Shown here in pieces: positions 16,833 through 26,111 of a DNA stretch of 43,875 nt. Under the pieces are notes generated by a model, which did not search any database, was not told the DNA's origin, and saw only the letters and a program-made list of their open reading frames with translations. Numbering within the stretch: position 1 is the first letter of the stretch; every line of letters begins with the position of its first letter. Made by a program: the position numbers and the translations under genes. The DNA lies in NCBI GenBank assembly GCA_046590915.1, contig JBKJTD010000202.1, forward strand, positions 1-43,875. The letters are read 5' to 3'. This DNA is from Vicinamibacterales bacterium. GTDB taxonomy: Bacteria > Acidobacteriota > Vicinamibacteria > Vicinamibacterales > SCN-69-37.

Positions 16833-18263
16833 ATGGCGGACGTCCCCTCAAAACCAAAACGACAATTTGATCGTTCGATTGTGGACGGTCCGCTCTCGAC
16901 TGCTGTCTGGAAGCTCGCGTGGCCCACAATGCTGCAGAACGCGATTGGCGGACTGCAGGGCGTCATCGACCATGCGATGGTCGGGCATTACGTCGGTCTG
17001 GCCGGCAACGCGGCGATTGGCGTCAGCATTCAAATTTTCATTCTCGTCATCGTTTTTATCGCGTCGGTATTTTCCGGCATGGGCGTGCTGGTGGCGCGAT
17101 ACGCCGGCGCCAACGACCACGACCGCGTCAATCACACCGTCTGGCAGGCGTTCATCGTCGCCGTCTTCATGTCCGTGGCGGTGCTGGCGCCTCTGGGGTA
17201 CGTGATGGCCCCGTGGCTGTTGACCTTGGTCAATGCCGCGCCGCAGGTGCAGGCGGAAGCGCTTCCCTACTTGCGCATCATGTTCCTGACCAACATCGGC
17301 ATGATGATGTTTTTCATGATGAGCGGCGCGTTGCGCGCAGCCGGTGATGCGCAGACGACGCTGCGGATGGGCGTGGCGATGACCGTGCTCAACATCACGT
17401 TCAACATCATCCTGATTGGCGGAGTGGGTCCCGTGCCGGCAATGGGCACAGCCGGAGCCGCCATCGGCACGGCTCTGGCCAGCTGCCTCGCCAGCGGCAC
17501 CGTGATCTGGATGATGTTCTCCGGCAAACTTGTCATCCGGTTTCACCGCGGGATGGCCGTCAAGCCCGACTGGGTGGTGATTCGCGAGCTCTTCCGCTAC
17601 GGCCTGCCGACCGGATTTCAGGGTATCGCCATGAATGTCGCCGGGGTCATGATGCTGGGCTTCATCGGATCGCTGCAGTACAGCGCAGAGGCGCAGGCGG
17701 CCTACGCCGTCAGTTACACGGAGCTGTTCTCATTGATCACGTGGACCTCGGTGGGCCTGATGGGCGCGACGGCTGCGGTGACGGGCCAGAACCTGGGCGC
17801 AGGACATCCAGATCGAGCCGCGCAGGCGCCCCGTGTCGCCGCAAGAATCGGGCTCAGCGTCGCCGCCACCGTGGGACTGCTGTTCATCACCATTCCGGGC
17901 CCACTGCTCGCGGTGTTTGCGTTGACTGACCCCATCGGCGGAGCGATTGGCCGACAGTTGCTGGCATTTCTTGCGGTCTCCGGATTTTTTGTGACCGTGG
18001 CCCTGACGTACTCCGGCGGCCTCCAGGGCACGGGAGACACCAAGAGTCCGCTGTATATTTCCATCGTCTCCCAGGTGGTCATCCCTGTGGGACTCTGCTC
18101 CGTGTTGTCAGCCACGGTCGGCCTTCAGGCGTGGCACATCTGGACCGCCATCGTGCTAGGGCACTTTGCGCGAGCCTCGCTGAGCGTCTGGCGTTTTGGT
18201 CAGGGCAAGTGGAAGACCATCCCGTCTGATGTTCCGTCCGAGGGCGCCGCCACGGCGTCATAA
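16833..18263 (+). CDS. MATE-family multidrug/toxin efflux transporter
   Basis: About 12 TM segments. N-terminal segment WKLAWPTMLQNAIGGLQGVIDHAMVGH is typical of MatE repeats. 476 aa. Confidence 0.85.
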   Translation: MADVPSKPKRQFDRSIVDGPLSTAVWKLAWPTMLQNAIGGLQGVIDHAMVGHYVGLAGNAAIGVSIQIFILVIVFIASVFSGMGVLVARYAGANDHDRVNHTVWQAFIVAVFMSVAVLAPLGYVMAPWLLTLVNAAPQVQAEALPYLRIMFLTNIGMMMFFMMSGALRAAGDAQTTLRMGVAMTVLNITFNIILIGGVGPVPAMGTAGAAIGTALASCLASGTVIWMMFSGKLVIRFHRGMAVKPDWVVIRELFRYGLPTGFQGIAMNVAGVMMLGFIGSLQYSAEAQAAYAVSYTELFSLITWTSVGLMGATAAVTGQNLGAGHPDRAAQAPRVAARIGLSVAATVGLLFITIPGPLLAVFALTDPIGGAIGRQLLAFLAVSGFFVTVALTYSGGLQGTGDTKSPLYISIVSQVVIPVGLCSVLSATVGLQAWHIWTAIVLGHFARASLSVWRFGQGKWKTIPSDVPSEGAATAS

Positions 18264-18296
18264 CGCACGCCAGCGACACCACGCAGGGAGAAGACG

Positions 18297-19202
18297 ATGA
18301 CACGGATAGTTTCCAGTCTAGTAATCGCCACCGCCGCTACCATTGCGGCATCTCCCGTTGCCGGTCGTCAGCCGGACCTGACGCTGGAAGGCGTTCTCGC
18401 GCGCGCGGCTGAATACCACGCCACCTATGTCCAGAAGGTCTCCGGCGTATCCCTGGACGAGCAGGTGCAACTGCTTGACGTCACCGGCGGCAAAACGCGC
18501 GGGGTCATCCGCATCAGTTCTGATGTGGTGCTCGCGGGCCTGCAGGGTCAGGTGATTGCCCTTCGCGACCCCTACGCGGTGGATACCCAGCCGCTGCGGG
18601 AGAAAGGGTCCCGGATCAGCGCGTTGCTTGGCGCCCCTTCGACACCGACGCTGGAGGATTGGGAATTGGCGTCCAGCTATCCCGCGAAGGGATCGATCCA
18701 CTTCATCCTGGATATTCAGCTCAAGGTGAATGAACCGACGAGCGCGTTGCAGTTCATCTCGGCCGCTCTGCAGCCAAAGCTGAAATACCGCCTCGATGGA
18801 AACAAGAAGATGAACGGTGTGCCCGTCGTGGGTGTGCGGTTCGAAGAACCCACCTCGCAGGAGACGGTGCACGTGCTGGGCACCCGGAGCAATGCCCGGG
18901 CGACCGGCCGCATCTGGATCGACCCGGCCACCGGATCCGTGCACCAGACGGAGTTGTGGGTGGATTCCAAGGCCGAGAACGCGATCGTGTCGGTGAAGTA
19001 CGCGCCACACGCCGCACTGGGCCTCCTGCTGCCGACCGAGATGGTCGACACCTACGACGAGCGGGAGGGCGGGGGCGGTCCGCGGCAAATGGGCAGTGGC
19101 GCCGACCCGCGGGGAAGTGTACCGAGCCGCATATCGGTGCAGAGCCGCGCCAACTATTCGAAAGCGACGTTTGCGGCGGTCGACCTGACGAAGTTACGCT
19201 GA
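18297..19202 (+). CDS. Hypothetical secreted protein
   Basis: Signal-like N-terminus. Balanced amino-acid composition, unlike the Arg-rich antisense ORF 18318..19088. GGGAGAAG ribosome-binding site. No family recognised. Confidence 0.6.
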   Translation: MTRIVSSLVIATAATIAASPVAGRQPDLTLEGVLARAAEYHATYVQKVSGVSLDEQVQLLDVTGGKTRGVIRISSDVVLAGLQGQVIALRDPYAVDTQPLREKGSRISALLGAPSTPTLEDWELASSYPAKGSIHFILDIQLKVNEPTSALQFISAALQPKLKYRLDGNKKMNGVPVVGVRFEEPTSQETVHVLGTRSNARATGRIWIDPATGSVHQTELWVDSKAENAIVSVKYAPHAALGLLLPTEMVDTYDEREGGGGPRQMGSGADPRGSVPSRISVQSRANYSKATFAAVDLTKLR

Positions 19203-19216
19203 GGCGCGAGACCGCC

Positions 19217-19323
19217 ATGTCATTCAAGATCGCCGTGATTGCACTCGGTGTTGCAACCGGAGCAACCCTGCAGGCCCAGGCAACGCCACGTTCGCCGCGA
19301 TCGATTTGACGAGGCTGCGCTGA
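19217..19323 (+). pseudogene. Collapsed paralogue remnant: a 30-codon signal-peptide-like ORF followed, out of frame, by a diverged copy of the last 10 codons and stop of the upstream gene
   Basis: The ORF encodes MSFKIAVIALGVATGATLQAQ... (19217-19309). Positions 19291-19323 encode FAAIDLTRLR* and 19170-19202 encode FAAVDLTKLR*; 25 of 33 nt are identical. Confidence 0.45.
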
Positions 19324-19325
19324 GA

Positions 19326-20261
19326 CTACTGTTTCTTCTTGAAGGAGTAGTTCAGCGCCCGCTGACCGGGCGCGCCGGTGACGGCGACGTCAACCCCACC
19401 GTCGGCGCGTTTGGTGTAGACGATCGCCTTCGGAAAGTCGTGGTCCGGATTTTCAAACGTGATGCTGTCGGCGGATACCTTCGTTGACAAAAAATTGGTC
19501 ATGCCGCCTCCGTTTGGCATCGCGGTATAAACGAGCCCACCCGCGCGCTGCGCGATGCACAAAAATTCAAACTCCACCATTGACGGTCCACGCGTCGTCC
19601 GGCTGTTGCCGATCATCGCCCCTCCGGCTGCGGACATCCATCGCTCTTCAACGGTGTTGTTGGACACGGTGCCCACCCAGTCGCCAACGAGCCAGGCCAT
19701 CGCATCGATGGTTGCGGGAGCCACGGTGACATTGGGGCCTTTGAGCGGCGGGGGCAGTGCCTCGGTGGTACGGCGATACACGGTGCCGACCTGTTTTGAT
19801 CCTGAGGCCTCCCGCATCGTCGACTCAATGACCAGGGTGTCGCCCACGGGGCGGAACTTGTAGGTGAGGCCCAGCGTGGTCGTCGCGGCGCCTGGGCCGG
19901 TGTTGGTGGCGATGACAAAGTCGAAGCCGGCGCCCTGACGCGTCACCAGATTGGTCTGCACCGCATCGCCGAAACACTGGCGGCCCGTCTGTGTGGCGCT
20001 CATCTCAGTGCCGTCGAGCGGCAGTGTGAGCACCGACGCGTTGGCGTTGCCTCGCACCGGGCGCGTCAGCACCACGGCATCGGCGGACACCGCCAGCGCC
20101 AGGCGCTCGCCAAACGCGGGACTGGGAGCCATCCCGATGCCGGCGGGTGGCTCCTTGGTGGCCACCCAGGTGCCTGTCAGCGAGGATGGTGGCTGCGCGT
20201 TGGCAGTAGCGAGCGCGCTGCCGATGATGGCGAGGAGGACAACGATTCGAACGATACGCAT
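19326..20261 (-). CDS. Hypothetical secreted protein; C-terminal half is DUF6265-like
   Basis: Signal peptide MRIVRIVVLLAIIGSALATANA. The C-terminal segment WLVGDWVG...EERWM...FEFLCI...LVYTAMP...ITFENPDHDFPKAIVY resembles DUF6265 as I recall it. Confidence 0.6.
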   Translation of the reverse strand: MRIVRIVVLLAIIGSALATANAQPPSSLTGTWVATKEPPAGIGMAPSPAFGERLALAVSADAVVLTRPVRGNANASVLTLPLDGTEMSATQTGRQCFGDAVQTNLVTRQGAGFDFVIATNTGPGAATTTLGLTYKFRPVGDTLVIESTMREASGSKQVGTVYRRTTEALPPPLKGPNVTVAPATIDAMAWLVGDWVGTVSNNTVEERWMSAAGGAMIGNSRTTRGPSMVEFEFLCIAQRAGGLVYTAMPNGGGMTNFLSTKVSADSITFENPDHDFPKAIVYTKRADGGVDVAVTGAPGQRALNYSFKKKQ

Positions 20262-20295
20262 GACCTGAGACTGTAGTGCGTTCGCGATCCTTTTT

Positions 20296-22614
20296 TCAGC
20301 GCTTCGAGAGGCGATTCTCCAGCGCCAGCCCCTTGGCCAGTTCTCGTTCGGCGTCGGCGGGCCGGCCTTTCTTCATCAACACGCCGCCGATGACAAAGTG
20401 CCCAAGTGGCGACGTTTGTCCTTCGGGCTCAAGCGCGAGGCCCTTCCTCGCCAGTGATTCCGCTTCGTCCAGCGCGCGGCCTTCGTCGAGTTTGGCCTTC
20501 GCGAGATAAAAGAACCCCTCAGCGAATTCCGGGTTGGTGTCGATGGCCTTCTGGTACCACTCAGCCGCTTCTTTGGCGTTGCCCTGCCGGGCGCGAAGCC
20601 GACCGAGGTTGAACGCGGCCTTATACGCCGTCGGATGCTGAGCCAGTTCAGCGCGATACGAATTTTCGGCAGCTGTGATGTCGCCGCGCGCCTCCGCGAT
20701 CAGTGCGAGATTGTAGTGGGCCAGACGCACGTCGGATTTGAGCGCGAGCGCGTCTCTGAGCAACTGCTCAGCTTGCGGGAGTTGCTGCCGTTGATAGGCG
20801 AGCACCCCCGTCGCCACTCGTGCCGAGGCCAGTTTGGGATCGATCGACAACGCCTGGTCAAACTGTTGCTCGGCTGCCTCCAGATCCCCACGATCGAGAT
20901 AGATCTCGCCAATCTGATACCGCACGTAGGCGTTCTTGGGATCAACCGTGACGTAATGTTCGTACCCCGCCAGCGCGGCGTCATCCTGACCGAGCCGCCG
21001 ATACGAATTCGCCATGTTGATGATGGCAAGGTCGTAGTCGGGCTTGAGCGCAAGGGCACGTCGGAAGTGCGCGATCGCTTCCGGGTAGTTGCCTGCCTTG
21101 AAGTACTCGTTGCCAAGCATGAACCATCCGTCGATGACGTTGGGATCCTCGCTCACGACCTTGCGCAGCATCGCGATGGCCTCGGCGCCGGAATCGCCCT
21201 CCTTCGCAACATCCCGAGCCGTGGTCATGAGGTTGAAGAGGCCGATCTTGTCCTTGGGATCGGCGCGCCCACTTGACGATTCCTTTGACGTCGCCACGAA
21301 CGAGCCAACATATCCAAGAGCCGCGAGTCTTGCGCGAGTCTCCGGATCGACGTCTTCGTTGACTGGCGCTTCGGGCGCCTGAGCATCCATCTCACGTTTG
21401 CGATCGCGCAACTGACGCAGCATGGCGTCACCCACGGATCGACGTTCCTCGAAGAGATTGGTCAGCTCATTCGGATCACGTTCGAGATCGTACAACTCCG
21501 GTCGCGGGGCGTCGATGAGTTTGTATCGTTCCGACCGCAACGTCGTCAGCTCGCTCCACCCGTAGTGGTGCAGCGGATACATGGCTTCGCCATACGCTTC
21601 AAGCTGGGCGGCCGGCAATTCACGCACCTCGCCCGACATCAGCGGCAGCAGGCTCACGCCGGCCACGGCTTGCGGCGCCGGGGCGCCGATCAAGTCGAGA
21701 ATCGTCGGCATGATGTCGACCGAACGCACCGGCTGGCTCACACGCCTGGGCGTGAGTCCACGGCCAGGCGCCCGCACGATGAGCGGCACTCGCATCGCAC
21801 TTTCGTAGACAAAAAATCCGTGCGTTTCTTCTCCGTGTTCACCCAGGCCTTCGCCATGGTCGGCCGTGACGATGACGATGGTGTTGTCGGCGAGACCGCG
21901 GGCATCCAGGTAGTCAAAGACACGCCCGACCTGTGCGTCGGTGAAGGCAATGGCGCCGCGATAGGGGTGACCGCGGTACTCCGAGCGGTATGGTTCAGGA
22001 GACTCGTAGGGTGCGTGCGGGTCATAGAGGTGCATCCACGCGAAGAACCGCTGGTCGGCCACCCCATCCATCCACTTGAGGGCCAAATCCACGACCTCGT
22101 TGCCGGGTCGCTTCACGGAGGCGAGCGACATCGCCTTGACGTTCGTGAGATCAAAATCGTCCTGGTAGGTCCCAAAGCCCTGGTCGTGGATTTGGCCCCA
22201 CTTGCTGTCCAGGACGAATGCGCCGACGGTGGCGCCGGTGTGGTAGCCCCGCTCGCTCAGAACTTCTGCCAGCGTCAGCTGCTCCGGTCCCAGAAAGAAC
22301 CCGCCATTGTCGCGGACGCCGTGTTTGGGGGGAAACTGCCCCGTCATGATGCTGCTGTGCGCCGGGAGGGTCAGCGGCGCGGTCGTCATGACCTGGTCAA
22401 AGACCACCCCCTGACTTGCCAGGCGGTCCAGATTCGGCGTTCGTACGCCCGTGGCCCCGTACGGGCCTATGTGGTCGGCCCTCAGCGTATCGAGGGTGAT
22501 GAGGACGACGTTCATGGGCGGGGGAGGGGCGTTCTTCGACCACATCCACCAGCCGGCACCGGCCAGAATGGCGACCCCGAGCAGGGCGGCGGGCAGATAT
22601 TTGGGCGGGGTCAT
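20296..22614 (-). CDS. Membrane-anchored sulfatase-family (alkaline-phosphatase superfamily) domain fused to C-terminal TPR repeats
   Basis: Motifs NVVLITLDTLRADHIG and VTADHGEGLGEHG. Several 34-aa TPR units in the C-terminal half. Start taken at the ATG at 22612-22614, before the TM helix. Confidence 0.8.
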   Translation of the reverse strand: MTPPKYLPAALLGVAILAGAGWWMWSKNAPPPPMNVVLITLDTLRADHIGPYGATGVRTPNLDRLASQGVVFDQVMTTAPLTLPAHSSIMTGQFPPKHGVRDNGGFFLGPEQLTLAEVLSERGYHTGATVGAFVLDSKWGQIHDQGFGTYQDDFDLTNVKAMSLASVKRPGNEVVDLALKWMDGVADQRFFAWMHLYDPHAPYESPEPYRSEYRGHPYRGAIAFTDAQVGRVFDYLDARGLADNTIVIVTADHGEGLGEHGEETHGFFVYESAMRVPLIVRAPGRGLTPRRVSQPVRSVDIMPTILDLIGAPAPQAVAGVSLLPLMSGEVRELPAAQLEAYGEAMYPLHHYGWSELTTLRSERYKLIDAPRPELYDLERDPNELTNLFEERRSVGDAMLRQLRDRKREMDAQAPEAPVNEDVDPETRARLAALGYVGSFVATSKESSSGRADPKDKIGLFNLMTTARDVAKEGDSGAEAIAMLRKVVSEDPNVIDGWFMLGNEYFKAGNYPEAIAHFRRALALKPDYDLAIINMANSYRRLGQDDAALAGYEHYVTVDPKNAYVRYQIGEIYLDRGDLEAAEQQFDQALSIDPKLASARVATGVLAYQRQQLPQAEQLLRDALALKSDVRLAHYNLALIAEARGDITAAENSYRAELAQHPTAYKAAFNLGRLRARQGNAKEAAEWYQKAIDTNPEFAEGFFYLAKAKLDEGRALDEAESLARKGLALEPEGQTSPLGHFVIGGVLMKKGRPADAERELAKGLALENRLSKR

Positions 22615-22712
22615 GGGACTAAATGGTGTCACATTACCGCTGGCGCTCGAACCCGCACAGGGGTATAGTCCCCAGCACTCCTGTACCAACCTTGTGAAAG
22701 GACTTTTTGCCT

Positions 22713-23069
22713 ATGAGTGACCGTAGCAGTCTCGCAGTGATACGACGCGTGGCGGGAATGGCGGCAATGACCGCACTCCTGACCACGATCGCGGCGCCCG
22801 CATTCGCCGCCTCCTCCAACCCGCCTCCATCGTCACCATTTGCTCCGGCCGCGGTGGCCAGGGTCGTGGCCAAGTCGGTGGTTTTCTCTGAGGCCGCACG
22901 CAGCACGGTGCCGGCCACGGCTCCGGTGAAGGTGAAAACTGCCAAGCAGGCTCAGGGGTCGTTCTTCAAATCACGGGTCGGCGTGATGGTGATTGCCGCA
23001 TTCGCGGTGGGCACGGGTTATGCCATCTATTCGGCCAAGGAAGACCGCATTCGCGGTCTGATTCGGTAG
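22713..23069 (+). CDS. Small hypothetical protein with a signal-like N-terminus and a C-terminal TM helix
   Basis: Segments MAAMTALLTTIAAPAFA and VGVMVIAAFAVGTGYAIY. The gene ends 7 nt before the receptor gene. No family recognised. Confidence 0.5.
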   Translation: MSDRSSLAVIRRVAGMAAMTALLTTIAAPAFAASSNPPPSSPFAPAAVARVVAKSVVFSEAARSTVPATAPVKVKTAKQAQGSFFKSRVGVMVIAAFAVGTGYAIYSAKEDRIRGLIR

Positions 23070-23076
23070 ACCTGCC

Positions 23077-25776
23077 ATGAAAAAATTCACATTGATTACA
23101 CGGGTTATTTGTGCGGTGGCTTTATTGCTCTCCGCCACCACCGTCTCGGCACAGTCGCTGAGCGGCGTGATCTCCGGGCGCATTGTTGACGCACAGGGCG
23201 CTTCCTTGCCTGGTGTGCTGGTGACGCTGGCCAGCCGCACGGGTGAAACCACGCAGACCACGGATGCGCAGGGTGACTTCCGCTTCCTGGGACTCAATCC
23301 AGGCATGTATGAAGTGCGCGCGGCCCTGCAGGGCTTCAAGCCTGCGGCCCAGTCGAACATTGAGATTTCGATTGGCCGGTCGGTGGACGTCAAGCTCACG
23401 CTCGCTGTGGGCGGGATGACCGAAGCCATCACCGTCGTCGGATCGGCGGCCAGTATCGACACGACCACCACGGCCACCGATACGAACATCTCGCAAGACC
23501 TGCTTTTCAGCATGCCGATCTCGCGGACCAACGCGGCGGTCAACATTCTGAACAACGCGCCGGGCATCAATAGCGGCTCGGCGTTTGGCGGCGCGGCGAA
23601 CTCGGCCAACTCCCTCCGTCTTGACGGCGTGGACGTGCGCGACCCTGAGGGCGGCACGGCGTGGGCCTTCTTCAACTACAACATCATCGACCAGGTGCAG
23701 GTCGGGTCCATCGGGCAGCCGGCCGAAATGGGCGGCTTCACAGGGGCGATCATCAACACGATTACCAAGTCTGGCAGCAACCGCGCGTCGGGCTTGTTCG
23801 AGTATCGGTACACCGAAAAAGGTCTGCGCGGCAACAACCTCTCGGCGGACGCCAAGCGGATCAATCCGGCGCTCAGAGTCACGGGCGTCGACAAGCTCAA
23901 CGACTACACGGTGCAGTTGGGTGGACCAATTCGCTTGAACAAGGCGTTCTATTTCGCCAGCATCCAGCGATACTCAGTTCAAGAAGATCCCGTTGGCCCG
24001 CGCACCATCCGCACGGAGGTGAGCCCGCGGTTCAACGGCAAACTCACGCTCCAGCCCACCTCCTCAGACAACATCATGTTGTCCGGGCAGTACGACCAGT
24101 ACAACCAGACGGGCCGCGCAGGGATTGGCGGAGTCAACGGCACCACCGACGCGCGCACCGTGGTGCAGGACTCTCCGGAAATCATCTACAACGCGCAGTA
24201 CCGCAAGGTGATCGGCAACTCGTCGGTCTTTGAATCGAAGTTCACCGGCTACTGGGGCTACTTCGACCTCGACCCGTTGACGCCGACATCGGCGAGGCTG
24301 GACGGCGCAACCGGCGCCTATACCGGCGGAGCCGGCTACAGCGCGCAGTATGACCGCACGCGCAACCAGCTCAATACATCACTGTCGAAATACGCGGAAG
24401 CGAAGGGCACCCACGCGTTCAAGTTCGGCGTCGAGATCGAACGGAGCACCATCCGCAACCGGTACGCCTATACGGACGGCCTGTTCTTCTACGACTACGG
24501 TGGCGCGCCGTACCTCGCGTATGCGTATTCGTACGATGTGAAGGGTCGCACCGATCGCCAGAGTGCGTTCGCCCAAGACCAGTGGCAGACCGGCCGACTC
24601 ACGCTCAACGGCGGCATCCGGTGGGACCGCATCACGGGCACGAGCACGGTGGACGACAAGCAGTACTACAACACCACGTCGTGGAGTCCGCGTCTTGGCG
24701 CGGCGTACGACCTCATGGGCGATGGCAAGTCGGTCCTTCGTGCCTACTACGGTCAGCTGTACGACGGAGCCGTGTTCGCCTCGTGGTCGCAGGCCACACC
24801 GGGCGTCGGTGACTACATCGGATACGAGGTCAGCCCAACGGGAAAATTGAAAGAAATTTTCAAAGTGTCGGGTGAATCCAAGTTCAGAGTGGATCCGAAC
24901 ATCAAACATCCGAGGACGGACGAGTGGAGTCTCGCCTACGAACGGCAACTCTTCCGCGGCATAAAAATGTCGGCGACCTACATCCGCCGGGACAGCAAGA
25001 ACTTCATCAACTCGGTCCTGCCAGACGCGACATGGGCCGCGGCCAACTACACCAATCCTCTGACAAGCCAGGCCAGCACGATCTACCGCTGGACCAACCG
25101 CGTCTCTGACCAGCGGTTCCTGATCACCAACGTGGACAACTACGCCTTCAAGGGTGCGCCGGCGGCCGACGCCTATCGCACCTACAACGGCGCCATGTTT
25201 GTGCTGACGCGAGGATTTGCGGATCGCTGGCAGGCACAGGTGTCCTACGTCTTTTCAAAGACCAAGGGCACGGTCACCAACGGCGCGTTCTCCGGGATCA
25301 CGAGCAGCCAGTTTCAGACGCCCAATGGGGCCCTGTACAACTCGGACGGCCTGGTGGGATTTGACCGGAAGCACGAGCTCAAGATATTTGCCGGTTACCA
25401 GATTCCGAAACTCGAGATTTCGGCCAACATGTACTACCGCTATCTCAGCGGTCTTCCGTGGACGCCGTTCCGGCGTGTGCCGGCGAGCACGTTCAACTGG
25501 TCCGGAAGCATCGACCTGCTTCTCGAGCCACGCGGCAGCCGCCGAACCGAGTCGCACCAACTCATGGACCTGCGGTTTGAAAAGGTCTTCCAGGTCGGTA
25601 TGAACCGTCTGGGGCTGTACCTCGACGCGGAGAACCTGCTCAACGCCGGATTTATTACCGGTGTTCAGACGCGCCACCCATCGGCCACCATCAGTGGCAC
25701 GTCGGTGCCACTGGGTGGTCCGACCTCTGTCACCACAGCGCGCCAGCTCACCTTCGGAGCACGCTGGAGCTTCTGA
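23077..25776 (+). CDS. TonB-dependent-receptor-like outer-membrane beta-barrel with an N-terminal carboxypeptidase-regulatory-like domain
   Basis: Signal peptide. CarboxypepD_reg segment ISGRIVDAQGASLPGVLVTL...TDAQGDFRFLGLNPGMYEV. Long beta-barrel ending in FGARWSF with a terminal aromatic residue. Confidence 0.85.
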   Translation: MKKFTLITRVICAVALLLSATTVSAQSLSGVISGRIVDAQGASLPGVLVTLASRTGETTQTTDAQGDFRFLGLNPGMYEVRAALQGFKPAAQSNIEISIGRSVDVKLTLAVGGMTEAITVVGSAASIDTTTTATDTNISQDLLFSMPISRTNAAVNILNNAPGINSGSAFGGAANSANSLRLDGVDVRDPEGGTAWAFFNYNIIDQVQVGSIGQPAEMGGFTGAIINTITKSGSNRASGLFEYRYTEKGLRGNNLSADAKRINPALRVTGVDKLNDYTVQLGGPIRLNKAFYFASIQRYSVQEDPVGPRTIRTEVSPRFNGKLTLQPTSSDNIMLSGQYDQYNQTGRAGIGGVNGTTDARTVVQDSPEIIYNAQYRKVIGNSSVFESKFTGYWGYFDLDPLTPTSARLDGATGAYTGGAGYSAQYDRTRNQLNTSLSKYAEAKGTHAFKFGVEIERSTIRNRYAYTDGLFFYDYGGAPYLAYAYSYDVKGRTDRQSAFAQDQWQTGRLTLNGGIRWDRITGTSTVDDKQYYNTTSWSPRLGAAYDLMGDGKSVLRAYYGQLYDGAVFASWSQATPGVGDYIGYEVSPTGKLKEIFKVSGESKFRVDPNIKHPRTDEWSLAYERQLFRGIKMSATYIRRDSKNFINSVLPDATWAAANYTNPLTSQASTIYRWTNRVSDQRFLITNVDNYAFKGAPAADAYRTYNGAMFVLTRGFADRWQAQVSYVFSKTKGTVTNGAFSGITSSQFQTPNGALYNSDGLVGFDRKHELKIFAGYQIPKLEISANMYYRYLSGLPWTPFRRVPASTFNWSGSIDLLLEPRGSRRTESHQLMDLRFEKVFQVGMNRLGLYLDAENLLNAGFITGVQTRHPSATISGTSVPLGGPTSVTTARQLTFGARWSF

Positions 25777-25786
25777 TCGTTTAGGT

Positions 25787-25820
25787 CACAGGGAGGCACT
25801 GAGATCTGTGCCTCCCTGTG
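25787..25820 (+). terminator. Perfect 13-bp hairpin CACAGGGAGGCAC-N8-GTGCCTCCCTGTG after the receptor gene
   Basis: Read directly, 10 nt after the stop codon. The downstream tract AAAGTTCTCT is only weakly T-rich. Confidence 0.55.
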
Positions 25821-25844
25821 AAAGTTCTCTAGAATAGAGGCGCA

Positions 25845-26111
25845 ATGCCTCTGTTCGACTTTCGCTGCCGCGTCTGCCAGACGCAGTTTGAATCCCTCGT
25901 CAGATCCGCCTCCTACGGCGATCCCCCCACCACCTGCCCCAGCTGCGATAGTCAGGATCTCGAACGCCTGCTCGCGTCTTTTGCCGTGAGCTCCGCCGAA
26001 AAAACACGCGCGTCGGCCTCCGCCAAGAACGCGAAGGCGGCCTCGGTGGCGCGCAAAGACAACATCGCCGAGCTGCACGACATCGAAAAACACCGCAAGG
26101 AAGACCACTGA
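25845..26111 (+). CDS. FmdB-family zinc-ribbon protein
   Basis: MPLFDFRCRVCQTQFE...CPSCDS (CxxC...CxxC) at the N-terminus. 88 aa. The stop overlaps the kinase ATG (TGATG). Confidence 0.8.
   Translation: MPLFDFRCRVCQTQFESLVRSASYGDPPTTCPSCDSQDLERLLASFAVSSAEKTRASASAKNAKAASVARKDNIAELHDIEKHRKEDH

Noticed and set aside
18318-19088. 256-aa ORF antisense to the 301-aa secreted-protein gene.
   Set aside because: Its composition is Arg/Gly/His-rich. The + strand ORF has balanced composition, a signal peptide and a ribosome-binding site, and its C-terminus is duplicated in-frame-like at 19291-19323.
25835-25844. Identical 10-mer TAGAGGCGCA directly before the start codons of the zinc-ribbon gene (25845) and the 155-aa membrane-protein gene (28795-28804 / ATG 28806), with a similar TAGAGGGCGCGCA before the MATE gene.
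   Set aside because: This is most simply a shared SD-like context (AGAGG) plus GC-rich spacer. It is too short to distinguish from chance without genome-wide statistics.
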